Assembly (NCBI RefSeq): GCF_000150275.1
Contig: NW_002060973.1
Coordinates: 390,952-454,951, forward strand
DNA from: Trichoplax adhaerens
Taxonomy: Eukaryota; Animalia; Placozoa
Length of the DNA: 64,000 bases
Direction of reading: 5' to 3'
Shown: positions 38,401 to 49,900 of the stretch, one piece after another
Layout: each line of letters opens with the position of its first letter
Position numbering within the stretch: the first letter of the stretch is position 1
Notes under the pieces: model-generated
Told to the model about the DNA's origin: nothing
The model's input: the letters and a program-made list of their open reading frames with translations, nothing else
Database searches by the model: none
Translations under genes and position numbers: made by a program

Positions 38401-41400
38401 AGATAAGTAATGCCTTAACGTTAATGTTATTTGTGATAGTTTATTACATATATTTGATATTTATTGTTATTATGTGTAGATAGTAGCAAGATAATTCAAG
38501 TTCTAGAGATTGATAGTTGAATTAGACAACATGCTTAGATTAAGATTAGGTATGAGTAAGAGATTAAAAATATTTGCTGATAGAAAAACTAAAGGAACAC
38601 CTCATTTCGAGATGTCTCTCCTAGTATGGTATGATAATAATTCTTTGTTGTTTATAAATTATTCAGTTTCTATATCAATGGGAACGTTTTAGTTGAGTTT
38701 CGTGGTGAAAAGTTGTAGACGTATCTATGCTAATAAAAGTTCTATCTTTATGGTACTATCTTGTTGTCACAACTCTCACTTGTGGCAAAGGAAAGTAAAG
38801 AACTCTAGTGCAATTACTTAAAACTTGGGCTATTTCTCCCAGTACTTTCAGTTTCTATGAGAGAAGTATTTGAGAACTCGCTTTCTCGACTGATCTCCAC
38901 AGACAACTGACTAATTATTACACTATTCTTCACGATATGAATCTTGCCGTTTCTTGAGCAATTACTTACTTTATTCTACAAACACACGCGCTTAAATAGG
39001 TTTCTACAGTGAATTCCAATATTAACGAGTGAGAATTCATGCTCTGCAAGTTACATTAATTAGTATAATACCATTACTAAATATACATGTCGATATCCTC
39101 AGACTTAGATAGCTACAAGCTATCAGGTATTAAGACGCTTAACCTTCGTCCATATACAGCTCAATTTTTAGAGATTAACACAACTTATAAACCTACAGTA
39201 AATTAACTGCTAACAACTTCTATTTTTATCTCATTTCTACCATCCTATTATCAGCTACAAGTGCATTAAAACATAGCACATAACCTTATCTTATCTATTC
39301 ATAAGCATTCATTAATTTACAGTTACTTAATTAGTAACGGCGTACCGTGACACTTATGTGTGTTTAACGTATAGTAAAAGGCTGTTTCAGTCAGTAGTTA
39401 CTTATAGACTTTTACTGTATGTTTTCCTTGCCGTGAAGTTGAATTTATGACGGCTGCATTTTATAGAGTGCAAAGAATTACATCTATTGCCACAATTCTT
39501 ATTTGTAAATATTCAATATTTCTATTCTAGGAGGCTAGACCATAACAAAATCGCAACCATAGAGAATACTGCATTTCTTGGTTTATCAAATTTAAATTTG
39601 CTGTATGTTATTGAATTTTTCGTCTGAGAGTTATTTAATTTATTACAGTTTATACCAGAATTAATTACACAAGCAGAGTATTAGCTGACTGTTTTAAAAT
39701 AGTTGTTTTTTACTACCTTAATTTTAATTTATTAGAGACATCAGTTATAATCGCATAATTTCATTGAAAGGAATATTTCTTCAAGATTTAAAAGAGTTAA
39801 ATTCATTGTAAGTAGTTGATTCTCTATGTCTTGTACTATTATTTGTAAATCTATCCCTATCTAACTCTATGATATTTTCAGCCTTATAGACAATATTACT
39901 GCCTATAAACTGCTGTGGATATTTGTTTTAGAAAATAATCATTATTAAGATAACCAACAGGATTGGGTATTCTAAAAGAGGGCATCTGCTCTGATACTAC
40001 TAATTTATACGTTCTCTTATTTATAATTCGCAGAAAATGTGATGGTAATCTAATCTCTTCGTTAGCGGGATCACCATTTTATAATCTATCTAAAGTTACT
40101 CAACTGTAAGATTAATTAATATTCTTACTTAATATTAAATTTTAATCCAAAATAGAAAACATAAATTGCGAATATCAAATATGCTAAAACATCGGTTTCT
40201 TCATTCTAATGTCAACTATTTTTTCGCAGATCTCTGGACCATAATCAAATTGTTGATATTGCTAACGATAGTTTTACTAACTTAAATAGTTTAAGTAAAT
40301 TGTAAGTCAATCAAGCATTTTAAGTTTGCATTGTTTTAAAGAGTAGAGTAATGATATTGATTTAAAGAAAGTCATATTTGATTTACCTATTTCATAGATC
40401 GATTAATCATAATAGACTTTCTGGCTTATCGTGCAGTTCAATTTACAAAACTATTCAAGACTTGTACGTAAAAACGAAAAAAACTGCAGAGCTATAAATC
40501 TGTCTATTTTACTAAAAGTTTTAGTCACTTTTCAATTAGTAATTCATTAAAAAATTAAAGTATTAATGCTTGGCAATTTCTTATACCATTTATATCACAA
40601 TCAAATTTGATTGTTTCCTATAGGAGTGTACACCATAACAATATATCTTATATCTCACCAAGTTGTAATGAAACGTTTGGGAGTTTAAAGAATAGCTTGT
40701 AAGAGGAATCTTGTTTGAAAAGTTTACATCATACTACAGAATTAGGGAAAAAAATTATACTAGCTGTGTATATTCTTACTATTGGCATTTTATATATAAA
40801 CTGTAAATTTCCACTTTATTTGTTATGATGGTTTGTTCTTTACTTTAAGACTTAAAGTAATAATTCTTCCATATTAATCACAAGGGATATGAGCTATAAT
40901 GATCTTGAAGCAAATGGTATTAACATTTACGATCAAATCTTGATAAAACTAGCCAAGTTACCTCCTACTCTGTAAGTACCGTTGCACAACTTCAAGCAAG
41001 TAAATGAATAATGATAGTTGTCTTAAAATAGTAAATGTTATTTTGCCTAATGATATGAAACTTTAACGCCATCATTCACAAATTTTTTGCTTAAATGTAA
41101 TTAGACTACTGGCTGGCAATAATATTACATCACTACCACATTCCTTTATGAAATGGAATATATATCTTAGAACATTGTAAGTGTGTTAAAAGCTATAACT
41201 AAGCGATAAAGCCAATTAAGCGTAGAAATGTCTTCAATATCTATTTTAATTCGAAAATTATTAAATAACGATATATTTAAACGTTTAATTAGTTTCAGCA
41301 TTTGATCTATAAACCTAATACATTTTTGGGGCTTTTGAGCTCTAATTATCCACCATTGAGTAAAATCTTACCAACTTATTGTACAAATGAGGCTAACCAG

Positions 41401-44400
41401 GAACTTTCATCTGCGTGTAAAATTACTATTTAAAGAGTGAATGATCTAATCAACAAAAGATTAAATAGTACTCCTGATCAGTTTGCCATAAGAACATCGG
41501 TAAAGTTACTATGCAGTGGAGCTACAGCGTCCACATTAACTTGGTGATAGCAAACTCATGAGTTGAGCTGGAATAGCTAATAATAAAGTATCATATATAC
41601 GTTAATCAAGAATATGTTATAGGTAGAGTAGTGCCGACTAAATTAGTGCAGAAACAATTATCATTGAAGTAATTTTACTATCTATCGTGTTACTAAGTAA
41701 TTTTGCTGGATCGATGTGGGTAAAGAATACCTGCTTTCTATCATCTACTTGTTGTCACAACCTCGGTCTTGTCAATTTATAAAAGGGTCTTTATCAATTC
41801 TCAGCGTTGCTAAGGATCTAGATTCGGTTTGTGTGTTAGGTGAAACATAACAGCAGTTAAATACGACAAGTGCTATTAATAGTTATTGTCTTTTACTCCT
41901 TGGATTACTGGTGCACCATTCTAGACGATAGTTTCTCGGAAGGGTTTTATAAATTAATAACGTTATAAGCGTATCACCAATTTGTAATAAATTTATGTTT
42001 CTAACTAGCTACACTCACGCTTGCTATATTAAGATGTAACCAAATTAAAAGTTACATTTAAATTATGTTGAGGTTCGCATGCTATATGTAAGATTATAAA
42101 TAGATGAATTTCAGAATATTATCGATTTATCTGGAATTATATGCTATATGTAGCAACATGTATAACCATAATAGGCATGGAAAATAGAGTATAAATCACG
42201 TAATTCATTTACTGTCGATTGACCTTGGCATATGCTACTGCTCAATCTAAAATAAATCAATTATCGGCTTACAATTAAATTTATAGGTCTATAGGATATA
42301 ACAAATTGGCGTTATCTGCCATCAAACGCATCATAAAAGGATTCTATATCACTAATTACTGCTTGTCACCAAGTATATCTACGACAGCTAAATGTTTTAT
42401 GTATTCTATGTAAGTTATGTACTTTGCCTAAATATGTTTTAATCGATTTATAAACAATTAATTTGTATTCAAAGAAGCCAAACAACAGCAATTTGTCAAT
42501 CGTTAATAGTGTATTTTTACCTATGCGAACTCATACTATCGAATTATTTAATTGGAGCAGAGATGCAAGCCATAGCAGGTTAACAGAAATTCCATCCAAT
42601 GTATTTGTTCATCTGAGAGGATTTTTGAAAGTCTTGTAAGTTATCTTTGCTAAATACCAAACGTAAATTAGTCTTTATTTGAAATTAAATAAAAAATGGA
42701 TAATAACCAGATAATTTACTGTATATCTATTGGTTTTATTGGAAGCATAAATAAAACAATTGTATAAATGCGGTTAATTAATAACGTAAATCTAATAATT
42801 ATATAGTAGATTGAGAAAAATGAGGTGCTTTTAATAGATAGTTACTAATAATGTAACGGCCCACTTATCATTATATGTTTAACAATTTTAATTATACCAG
42901 ATTCGCCTTAGATTTAAATTACAGTACTTTCTATATTCATTCACAATACAACATGATTACTATAATTCAATTTATAAAAGCCTCGGAAAATGCTCAACTG
43001 ATTAATTAAGATTTCAGACACGATTCGATATTACGACGATGGTATTAAAATAGAAATACCCTTTGAGGCAATTATAGAAGTGTGATAGAGTTTGCTCTCA
43101 AAAATACAGTTTCTTGCAAACTTCACTTTACGTAAGATTAGGTTCGTCTCATAGCTAACAAGGACTGTCTAACTGCAGTCAGACTATCTCTGGAATATCT
43201 GTATTATCACAGCAATATTCACAATTGATATACAATTAGTTACTCAATGATTTTTTCAAACACAATCTTGTCTTACCAATTAAGTTATAAGTTTATATCT
43301 AAATTTACTATCGCGCTATCAGTTCATAATTTGCGCTTCTAATTAAAACGTCGCAATACAAATCTTACAGTACTAACATAATTAACGCTCTCTATTATTA
43401 TCACAGAATCTTAATATAAGCATCTCAATACAATTACTACAATACGTATAACCAACATCTTCCTCTATTAGACACTTATGCAGTCTTACACCTTAGCGTA
43501 CAATTTATCAATTTTCGTATTATTCCATAATCTTATTCTTAAGCTTATTTGGGGCTTCACTACATGAAGATACAAGTAACTATCTTTTTTTGACTATCGC
43601 ATTAAATTTTGCATACGTATGTGTACTTGATGTCATTGCACTAATTCAGCGGTAGCAATTTTAATTAGTGTCTTTTTGATCAGTTCTCAAAATTGCTATA
43701 ACAGCAAATTAATAAATTGAATATCAGACATTACCATTATGATTTAAGAATATCTTAAATTGGTTTTCTTTGTACTGTATGATAGAAATCTAAATTATAA
43801 CGAGATAACACAGATCGACGCCTCGGCCATATTTCGAGATAGTGAAAGAAACTTGCAAGAGCTGTAAGTTAAAAATATTGCAAAAGCGCTTTTTATCACC
43901 TTTTATATTTAATTAATAATAATCATTTATTGCGCTACATTTCTCTATCTGAATACTATCTAGTACGGTACCTGATAACAATCTTGCATTTTTAGATCAT
44001 ATAATGTGGCAAATCCGATTATGTAGTTATGATAACTTTGATCTATTGATTTAGGCGTTTGGCTAATAATGCATTATCTAAAGTTACCAATCGTTACAAT
44101 GTTCAGTTTAATGCACTGAAGTTATTGTAAGAATAAGACTTAATATAACGACTTTATTATTTAATAGTTATATGAAAAATATGCGTCTAAGATTTTCTTG
44201 TATATTATGAAATCTATGCAGGGATTTAAAACAAAACAGACTTTCTAACATTTGTGGAAGGTCTAGCGTATTAGGAATTGCGCCCAACCTTTTAGAATTG
44301 TAATAATAAAAGTTCTATTATCACATATTCTATGTTCACTATTATTGCTTACGCTTAACTCAGAGAATACTTATAAATACACCTATTCGCTCTTATATTC

Positions 44401-46985
44401 TCTTAGATATTTAGATTTCAATAAAGTCAGAATTTTAACAAGTAGGTGTTTCGGGACACTATTCAAACTACAACTATTGTAAGTTTAAAATTTTTTAAAT
44501 TATCTGCTGCCTTAAATATCAAATTCTATCTCAGTTTCAATAAAGCTAGCATATATTATAATAAGAAAGAGAACTTATTACGGCATGTTGATGTACAGAT
44601 TTGTCTAGCATTGCCACTTTAGAGTTAGCTTAAGATAGTATTCTTTTACCGTGCTATTAGATCTATTAGGTCAAATCCTTTGGCACTGTTAAATGACATA
44701 TCATTTTATGGTTCAGTATCCCTGAAAAATGTGTAAGTTAAAATATTTCTAGGTTCAAATCTATCTTACAGAAGATGTCTTTAATAATTTTTAATTTCAA
44801 TTTATCGTATTTTTAAATAATTAAATAAGATAAAATTCTTGATGGGAAATTTGAATTTATTACTCTCATCAAGTGTCTACTAATATATTTAATAATTTTC
44901 AGTATTAAAGAGGAAATTAAGGCTCAAAATTTACAGATTGCAGAATTATTGACGTTATATCTCTAAAATCTCTCGCTGATTTGCATTTCCATAGAGTTAC
45001 TCTCTTTCCATAGTCTAATCTTCATAACAATGCTTTATATTTCAATAATTAATATTAGCAGGCGTAATGTCAATCACTTTTAATATCATCATTAAACTTA
45101 ATCTCCCCTATTTTTGTCCAAGGCCTTCATATTTCATAATTGCTGTACGATGTCGAAAATTTCATTCAGATTTTTCTGCTAATTGATTTCTTAAATCTTC
45201 CATCTGTTTTTGTGAAAAACGTCCTTTAGAGCCTCCACACGTGCTTACTTATGCTGTATAGTTCCAGCCAAAATTACAACATGTTCACCAACTCCGGATT
45301 TAGATTCAGCCTCAAGCTGTGAAAATATACTTGCTCACATATCTTTACGTTTAGCTGTTTGGATTATGGGTATTGCATCATTTATAGGAAATATACTTGT
45401 CGTTACCTTGCATCACACCAATAACAATCAAAAGATGAGTAAAGCTACAGAACTTGTCTTCAGTAATTTAGCCTTGTCAGATTTTTTAATGTCAATCTAT
45501 TTATTTATTATTGGTGTTGCCGATGTAATTTACCGAGATCGTTACTCTCAATATGCTGAAGAATGGCTCAGTAGTCCAGCATGTTTTATTGCATCTTTCT
45601 TAATATCTACATCAAGCTTGATGTCGGTTATTATGATGCTATTTATCAGCATCGACCGATATTTAATTACTGCTAATCCATTTGCATCATTGGATGGAAG
45701 ATATAAACGGACTAAGATAGCATTAATAGTTGGATGGATATTGGCATGCACTTTTATTAGTATACCAGTTATAATGGGTACTAATCAAATTGGAGATAGG
45801 CGATTACACGAATTCAGTTCTATTTGCTCTCCGAGTAATTTAAGTGATAAATTTTATGCTGGCTGGGTACTTGCTTTCGTTATAATACAATTTTTATGTT
45901 GGGCTGCAACATTAATAGTCTATGTGTTGTTAATAATATCAGTTAGTAAAACACAGCAATCCGTTCGTAGTAGTGCTCAATCTCGCAATTTCACAATTGC
46001 GATTCGATTATCAATAATTTTAGTTACAGATTTGATTGCATGGCTACCAGTTTATGTTATTTCTGCAATGACTATAATTCAAGGCAAATTAAATATATTT
46101 ACATTACAATTTGCGATCATCTTGGCTGTACCACTCAATTCAGCGATTAATCCGTATATTTATACAGCTACTGGAACAGCTTGCTTCAATCAATTGGTTT
46201 CTATGGGATCGAAAAGAAAGTCAGCACGATCTATGCTTAGTCGAGGTGCTGATATGAGTACATTTAGGAGTAATGCAAAGGCTACAAAGCCCAGTAAGAC
46301 AGGCACTGATCTTGCTCAAGTACAAATACAGAATCAAAATACTGTCTGCTCAACAATTATTGACCCTTATAGTTACATATACGATGACGTTGATAATTGT
46401 TCGACAAAGCAAATTGTAAGTGAAGAAATCGATTCTGATGGAAAAGTTGCAATAGAATGCGATTTCGATCGCTGTGATACTAATTCTCCATGGCGAAGGC
46501 ATAAGGCACCTTTACGTTTATCTGATGATACTGCAATTGTAATTAATGACATCGATGCATCGAACAATGTCAATTATGAGAATCTATTAATCGATGATAA
46601 AAGCGATCTTGTATGCCATAATGATATGGTTACTTGTCATTCTAATACTACCGATAACGTAGGTTCTATAAATCCTGCGTTTGATGGTTATGAGAATCTA
46701 GATACTGAAGGAGCTGACCTTAATTGGCAAGAACTTTTTGGCAATAATGAGGGTAAAAAAAGTAAATTCATTACTGGTAACGAAGGCTCCAGAAAGACTT
46801 ATTATAAACTCCTTCATAATCAACGGTTTGATACAAATACTTCAGGAATGAATATTTATAATAACACCCAATCGTACCATGATGGCTTAAGGATATCTGA
46901 TTTTGACGAAGGATTCCATTCTTTCCATCAAAAGTCTAAACTGAATAATCGCATGACAGGAATGAAACGGAGCAAGTCACACTAA
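11430..46985 (+). CDS. Complete giant LRR-GPCR, paralog 2: signal peptide, LRRNT, 59 LRR exons, hinge, 7TM, tail (about 2092 aa, 62 exons)
   Basis: Exons read by hand: 11430-11493 (MKLFVILFWSNVFFDSILLVS), 15127-15241 (LRRNT CPQTCQC..C), 15440-15511, 15673-15744, 15922-15996, 16353-16424, 18672-18746, 19074-19145, 20056-20127, 20243-20314, 20762-20833, 20949-21020, 21533-21604, 21793-21867, 22231-22302, 22408-22482, 24159-24230, 25744-25815, 25926-25997, 26193-26264, 27173-27244, 27965-28036, 28163-28234, 28355-28426, 29629-29700, 29811-29882, 29957-30028, 30134-30205, 30309-30380, 30678-30755, 31005-31076, 32635-32706, 32903-32974, 33194-33265, 33754-33825, 34716-34787, 34875-34946, 35153-35224, 35375-35449, 36395-36460, 36645-36716, 37035-37115, 37237-37308, 37663-37728, 37937-38008, 38175-38246, 39531-39602, 39736-39807, 40034-40105, 40230-40301, 40398-40463, 40624-40698, 40885-40971, 41105-41176, 42287-42409, 42561-42635, 43786-43863, 44055-44126, 44222-44299, 44407-44478, 44661-44732, 45230-46985. 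All are AG/GT bounded and each LRR exon fits xLxxNxLxxLxxxxFxxLxxLxxL. Total 6279 nt, divisible by 3, with no internal stop seen. Confidence 0.9.
11750..12090 (-). mobile_element. Old degenerate family B element in intron 1 of gene 2 (boundaries approximate)
   Basis: Reverse complement of family B segments (aaaacagccttgcaa; aacgtcttgtattttacgttaaa). A counterpart lies at the same position in gene 3 (about 52155-52480). Confidence 0.55.
12899..13741 (-). mobile_element. Non-autonomous Helitron-like element
   Basis: On the minus strand it begins TC and ends CTAG, preceded by hairpin cgtcagcaatgcgacg. Inserted between A and T with no TSD. Removing it restores the host family B sequence (actaca|ttaactatga). 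Confidence 0.7.
13846..14404 (-). mobile_element. Solo-LTR-like element, family A, copy 3 (nested in family B)
   Basis: Reverse-complement similarity to 10099-10663 across about 560 bp. TSD degenerate. Confidence 0.72.
17783..18351 (+). mobile_element. Solo-LTR-like element, family D, nested in a larger insert (about 17335-18554)
   Basis: TGTCAC...GTGACA termini with perfect TSD GCATA. Related copy at 61226-61660. Outer insert TGTCAC(17335)...ATGACA(18554) has TSD acttt/actct. Confidence 0.8.
19962..21115 (+). repeat. Recent tandem duplication (period 706 bp) of an LRR exon pair
   Basis: 19962-~20410 is nearly identical to 20668-~21115, including exons 20056-20127/20762-20833 and 20243-20314/20949-21020. 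Confidence 0.92.
23363..23992 (+). mobile_element. Solo-LTR-like element, family B (630 bp)
   Basis: TATGAC...GTGACA termini and TSD agcaa/aggaa. Highly similar to 31557-32186. Confidence 0.8.
26466..26951 (-). mobile_element. Solo-LTR-like element, family C, copy 2
   Basis: TG...CA termini with perfect TSD GTACC. Reverse complement of 7657-8110. Confidence 0.82.
27306..27865 (-). mobile_element. Solo-LTR-like element, family A, copy 4
   Basis: Reverse complement of family A. TSD gttag/gctag. Confidence 0.78.
31557..32186 (+). mobile_element. Solo-LTR-like element, family B (630 bp)
   Basis: TGTGAC...GTGACG termini and TSD ccagt/caagt. Confidence 0.8.
33979..34646 (-). mobile_element. Solo-LTR-like element, family A, copy 5, carrying a nested internally deleted family B copy (34169-34446, +)
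   Basis: Outer element TG...CA with TSD aactc/aattc. Inner element TGTGAC...GTGACA with TSD gagat/gaggt. Confidence 0.75.
35618..36242 (-). mobile_element. Solo-LTR-like element, family B
   Basis: Reverse complement of family B with perfect TSD CTTAT. Confidence 0.8.
38765..39352 (+). mobile_element. Solo-LTR-like element (family D-like termini)
   Basis: TGTCAC...CGTACCGTGACA termini and TSD cttgt/cttat. Confidence 0.6.
45230..46985 (+). CDS. Hinge + 7TM + cytoplasmic tail exon of LRR-GPCR paralog 2
   Basis: Acceptor cctttag|a gcc tcc aca cgt gct tac tta tgc tgt. Includes ORF 45366-46985 with NLALSDFLMSIYL, DRY, TDLIAWLP and NSAINPYIY. Closely similar to the paralog 1 7TM. Confidence 0.93.
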
Positions 46986-49900
46986 ATTTTTGGTAATAAT
47001 TATACTAACATTCCTTATCAAATGTTTTTCGGCAGTATGACATCGTAATGATAATAATCTTCATTATCTACCGAGGACTGTAATTTGATAGACTAGTGAA
47101 CACATAATATGAGCTGCGGATATATTCGTAGGTTATTTATTATCATTTTGCGGATAATAAGGATTATGTTAACCTTGCGTTTCCATCTCTAAATATAATC
47201 AATTGTAATTTGGTTATTTTATATGCCAAATAGTAGGCGTAGATCACTGTCATATAGTGCTATAGATAGTAAAGTAGTCATGAATTTAATAGTACGTCGA
47301 CCTTGGACCCACACTTATTTGCAGGCAAGAATGATTTAGTATGTCATTGCTGTCATGTATTAGCAATTCATATACTCATTCAGTATGCTTTTACTTGCAA
47401 TAATATATTTAAAGAAATGAGTTAATGTTACAATTATGCAAAGTAATCAAGTGCTGTAAAGGCATTTATTTATATGCAGTAAGTAAATTTTGTAACCCTT
47501 TAGGTTTGCAATACGCTAATTAAAAATTCATATTATGTAAAGAGTTTGTGTGTCTAGTTTACCTTATAAAAACCTTTCTTTTAATCCACTATTGTTTACA
47601 AGTACTTTGTTAAGCACAGTGACTAGCCTGCTTTACGAAGGGATTTCTTACCCCCTATGAGCGCATTTTTAACACGTTTTAATTCTGTAATTAGCTTAAA
47701 TCACTATATTATTGTATTAATTTATTATTTTAATCATGGATTATTCTGAAAAAATAAATATGTATTACATTTTCCCTTTTGGATCCGGTATACGTACTTT
47801 GCAAAATGTTTAACTTAATAAATTTTATTATCTACATGCTTTAATTCATTTCTTTTATATTAAGTATTTCTTTACTTATATTAACAATGAATGCTGAAAT
47901 AGCTTTTGCTTAATAACCGTCTATAACTGTTTGATAAAGTGTCTAACTGTAAGCAAAAACTTCCTTATGTTAAGAATAAATTATATCTTCTACTAAGGAC
48001 CGAATTAGCCACAACTAACTGAACGTCGGAGATGAAATCTTCTGCTTACATATATACATTTGGTTACAGAGTATCGCCAGAATGCAAAGATCAATATCTA
48101 TCTTAATTAGGCTAGCATTTCGTTACTAGCGTATCTCAAGGTATGAAAGTCATCTGATACAGCCTCTCTAACAACTACTACAATCTGCGCTGTAACTACC
48201 TACACGAATATTCAAGTATACAATGTTACTGTATTTATTAAAAAATCCGTCATTTTACAAAATCGCCAGGTATTTTGTAAAATCACTTAGGTATCACTAT
48301 TATCTTCAATCCATTTTATTATCGAATGCAAGATAAAGAGGAACTAAACTATCACTCAATGTCGCGGACTACTTCCTGACAAGTTTACTAGTCTAACGTA
48401 AAGCATATACTTTTAGTACCGATGATATGCTATTCTACAACCTTACTACGACTGTTTCGCGACGATGGAGTAGTAATGCCTCTTCTTTCTTTCGAGTAAG
48501 CATTTTTAACATAACAATTAATGTTTAATAAGAATATTTTATGCATCTTAACTAAGAAGAGCTATAGTTAACACTGCCTTATGATTGTCTGAGAAATTAG
48601 CTTACTACATGGATATCATCAATAATAGTCATTGCTGATTGCTAGCAATGTTCTACTATCAGTATTCGGGGTCAGATCCACGTGAATAGCTGTACCATAA
48701 TTAAGAGGATGTTTGACATCTTACGTTTTTAGATATTAACAAATCAGGAAACACATTTCAAGTAAATACATTCTACCAACAGAAAAAGTCGATTATTTAT
48801 TTAGAGAACAGTATTCTATTCATTTTCTTTAATTCTGATTGTAGGTCATTTAGTTATGGTAAATAAATTAATCCTAAACTTTGTAAGAGCTACAGATATG
48901 AAGCTCGTAGTTTCTTCGAAGTTATTTTTAATAGCTAAACATTATTTTGCTATTCTATCAAGTTTACTGTAAAGCTTTTTTGAATTCTGCCTTAACTTTG
49001 ATTATTAAATTATGAGAATTTGGTTTTAAGATAGATAGAATAGTCGGATACTTTCATTACAATAGTAGTTTCAGTTCCTTATCACAGACTAACATCATTA
49101 CACACTTACAGGGTAGATGCTTTTTATTCAATATTTGAAACGTAGTTTTAAATCATCATCGTGTTCCACAATACAATTGTAGTTATACAAAGCAATGTCA
49201 CAACTGAGGTGAATTGATAGAGAGTAATGTTGCGTTCCGCTTTATGAATACGAACTTAATGAAAGCTACAATTATGAATCAGTTTCCTTTTATCACGTTT
49301 TTCGAGGATATTCACTCTGCAGTTCGTATTGATAACTTCGTTACCGTTCGCGCTGGAGAAAATTTGCTAAATAAATGCTAATATTACTTGAATGGATATC
49401 ATGGTGTAGTGTAGCAGCAGTGAAGTTTTTACACATGGATTAGTATTTGTTTATATGAACGCTTTCTCTGATGTTTTACATATTTGGATAGATAGCTGCT
49501 TAGTCATGTTATTTATGAATTGATATATGCGTACAGTAATTAACGCTTATGCAAACATACCATGAAATGGTTGATTTTTTAAAAGGAATTGAGATCAGTT
49601 TTGCTTAAGAGAGTCAAAAGATATATTGACACCACTTAACAGAAGGCGAGATCGTTAATATTTACTGTCGTATTGCAGATAAATATCGGGGAGCACTAAA
49701 GTGATAGCACGCTTTTAGTTAGCAATTCCTTTTAGTAGTTTTGTGTTTCTTCTTATAAATTTAACAGAAACAGAATCTGCTTGCTGATTTTCTGTAACCG
49801 ATTGTTTTCTAAATTCATCTATTTAATTTTCAACTATTCGAAAGAAATTTGATCACGAATTGGGTAAAAAGATAGTAAATGATAACAGCAGGAAAAATTG

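Noticed and set aside
42852-43564. Further LTR-like inserts (42852-43564, about 41400-41775, about 52600-53400, about 24500-25290)
   Set aside because: Composition and some termini are suggestive, but no TSD or second copy could be confirmed in the window.
15440-44732. Regularly recurring ~72-nt units as a CRISPR-like or satellite array
   Set aside because: The units are spliceosomal exons with AG/GT ends and protein-level, not nucleotide-level, conservation. The DNA is eukaryotic.
45548-46573. Antisense ORFs 45548-45751 and 46373-46573
   Set aside because: Shadow ORFs opposite the 7TM exon.
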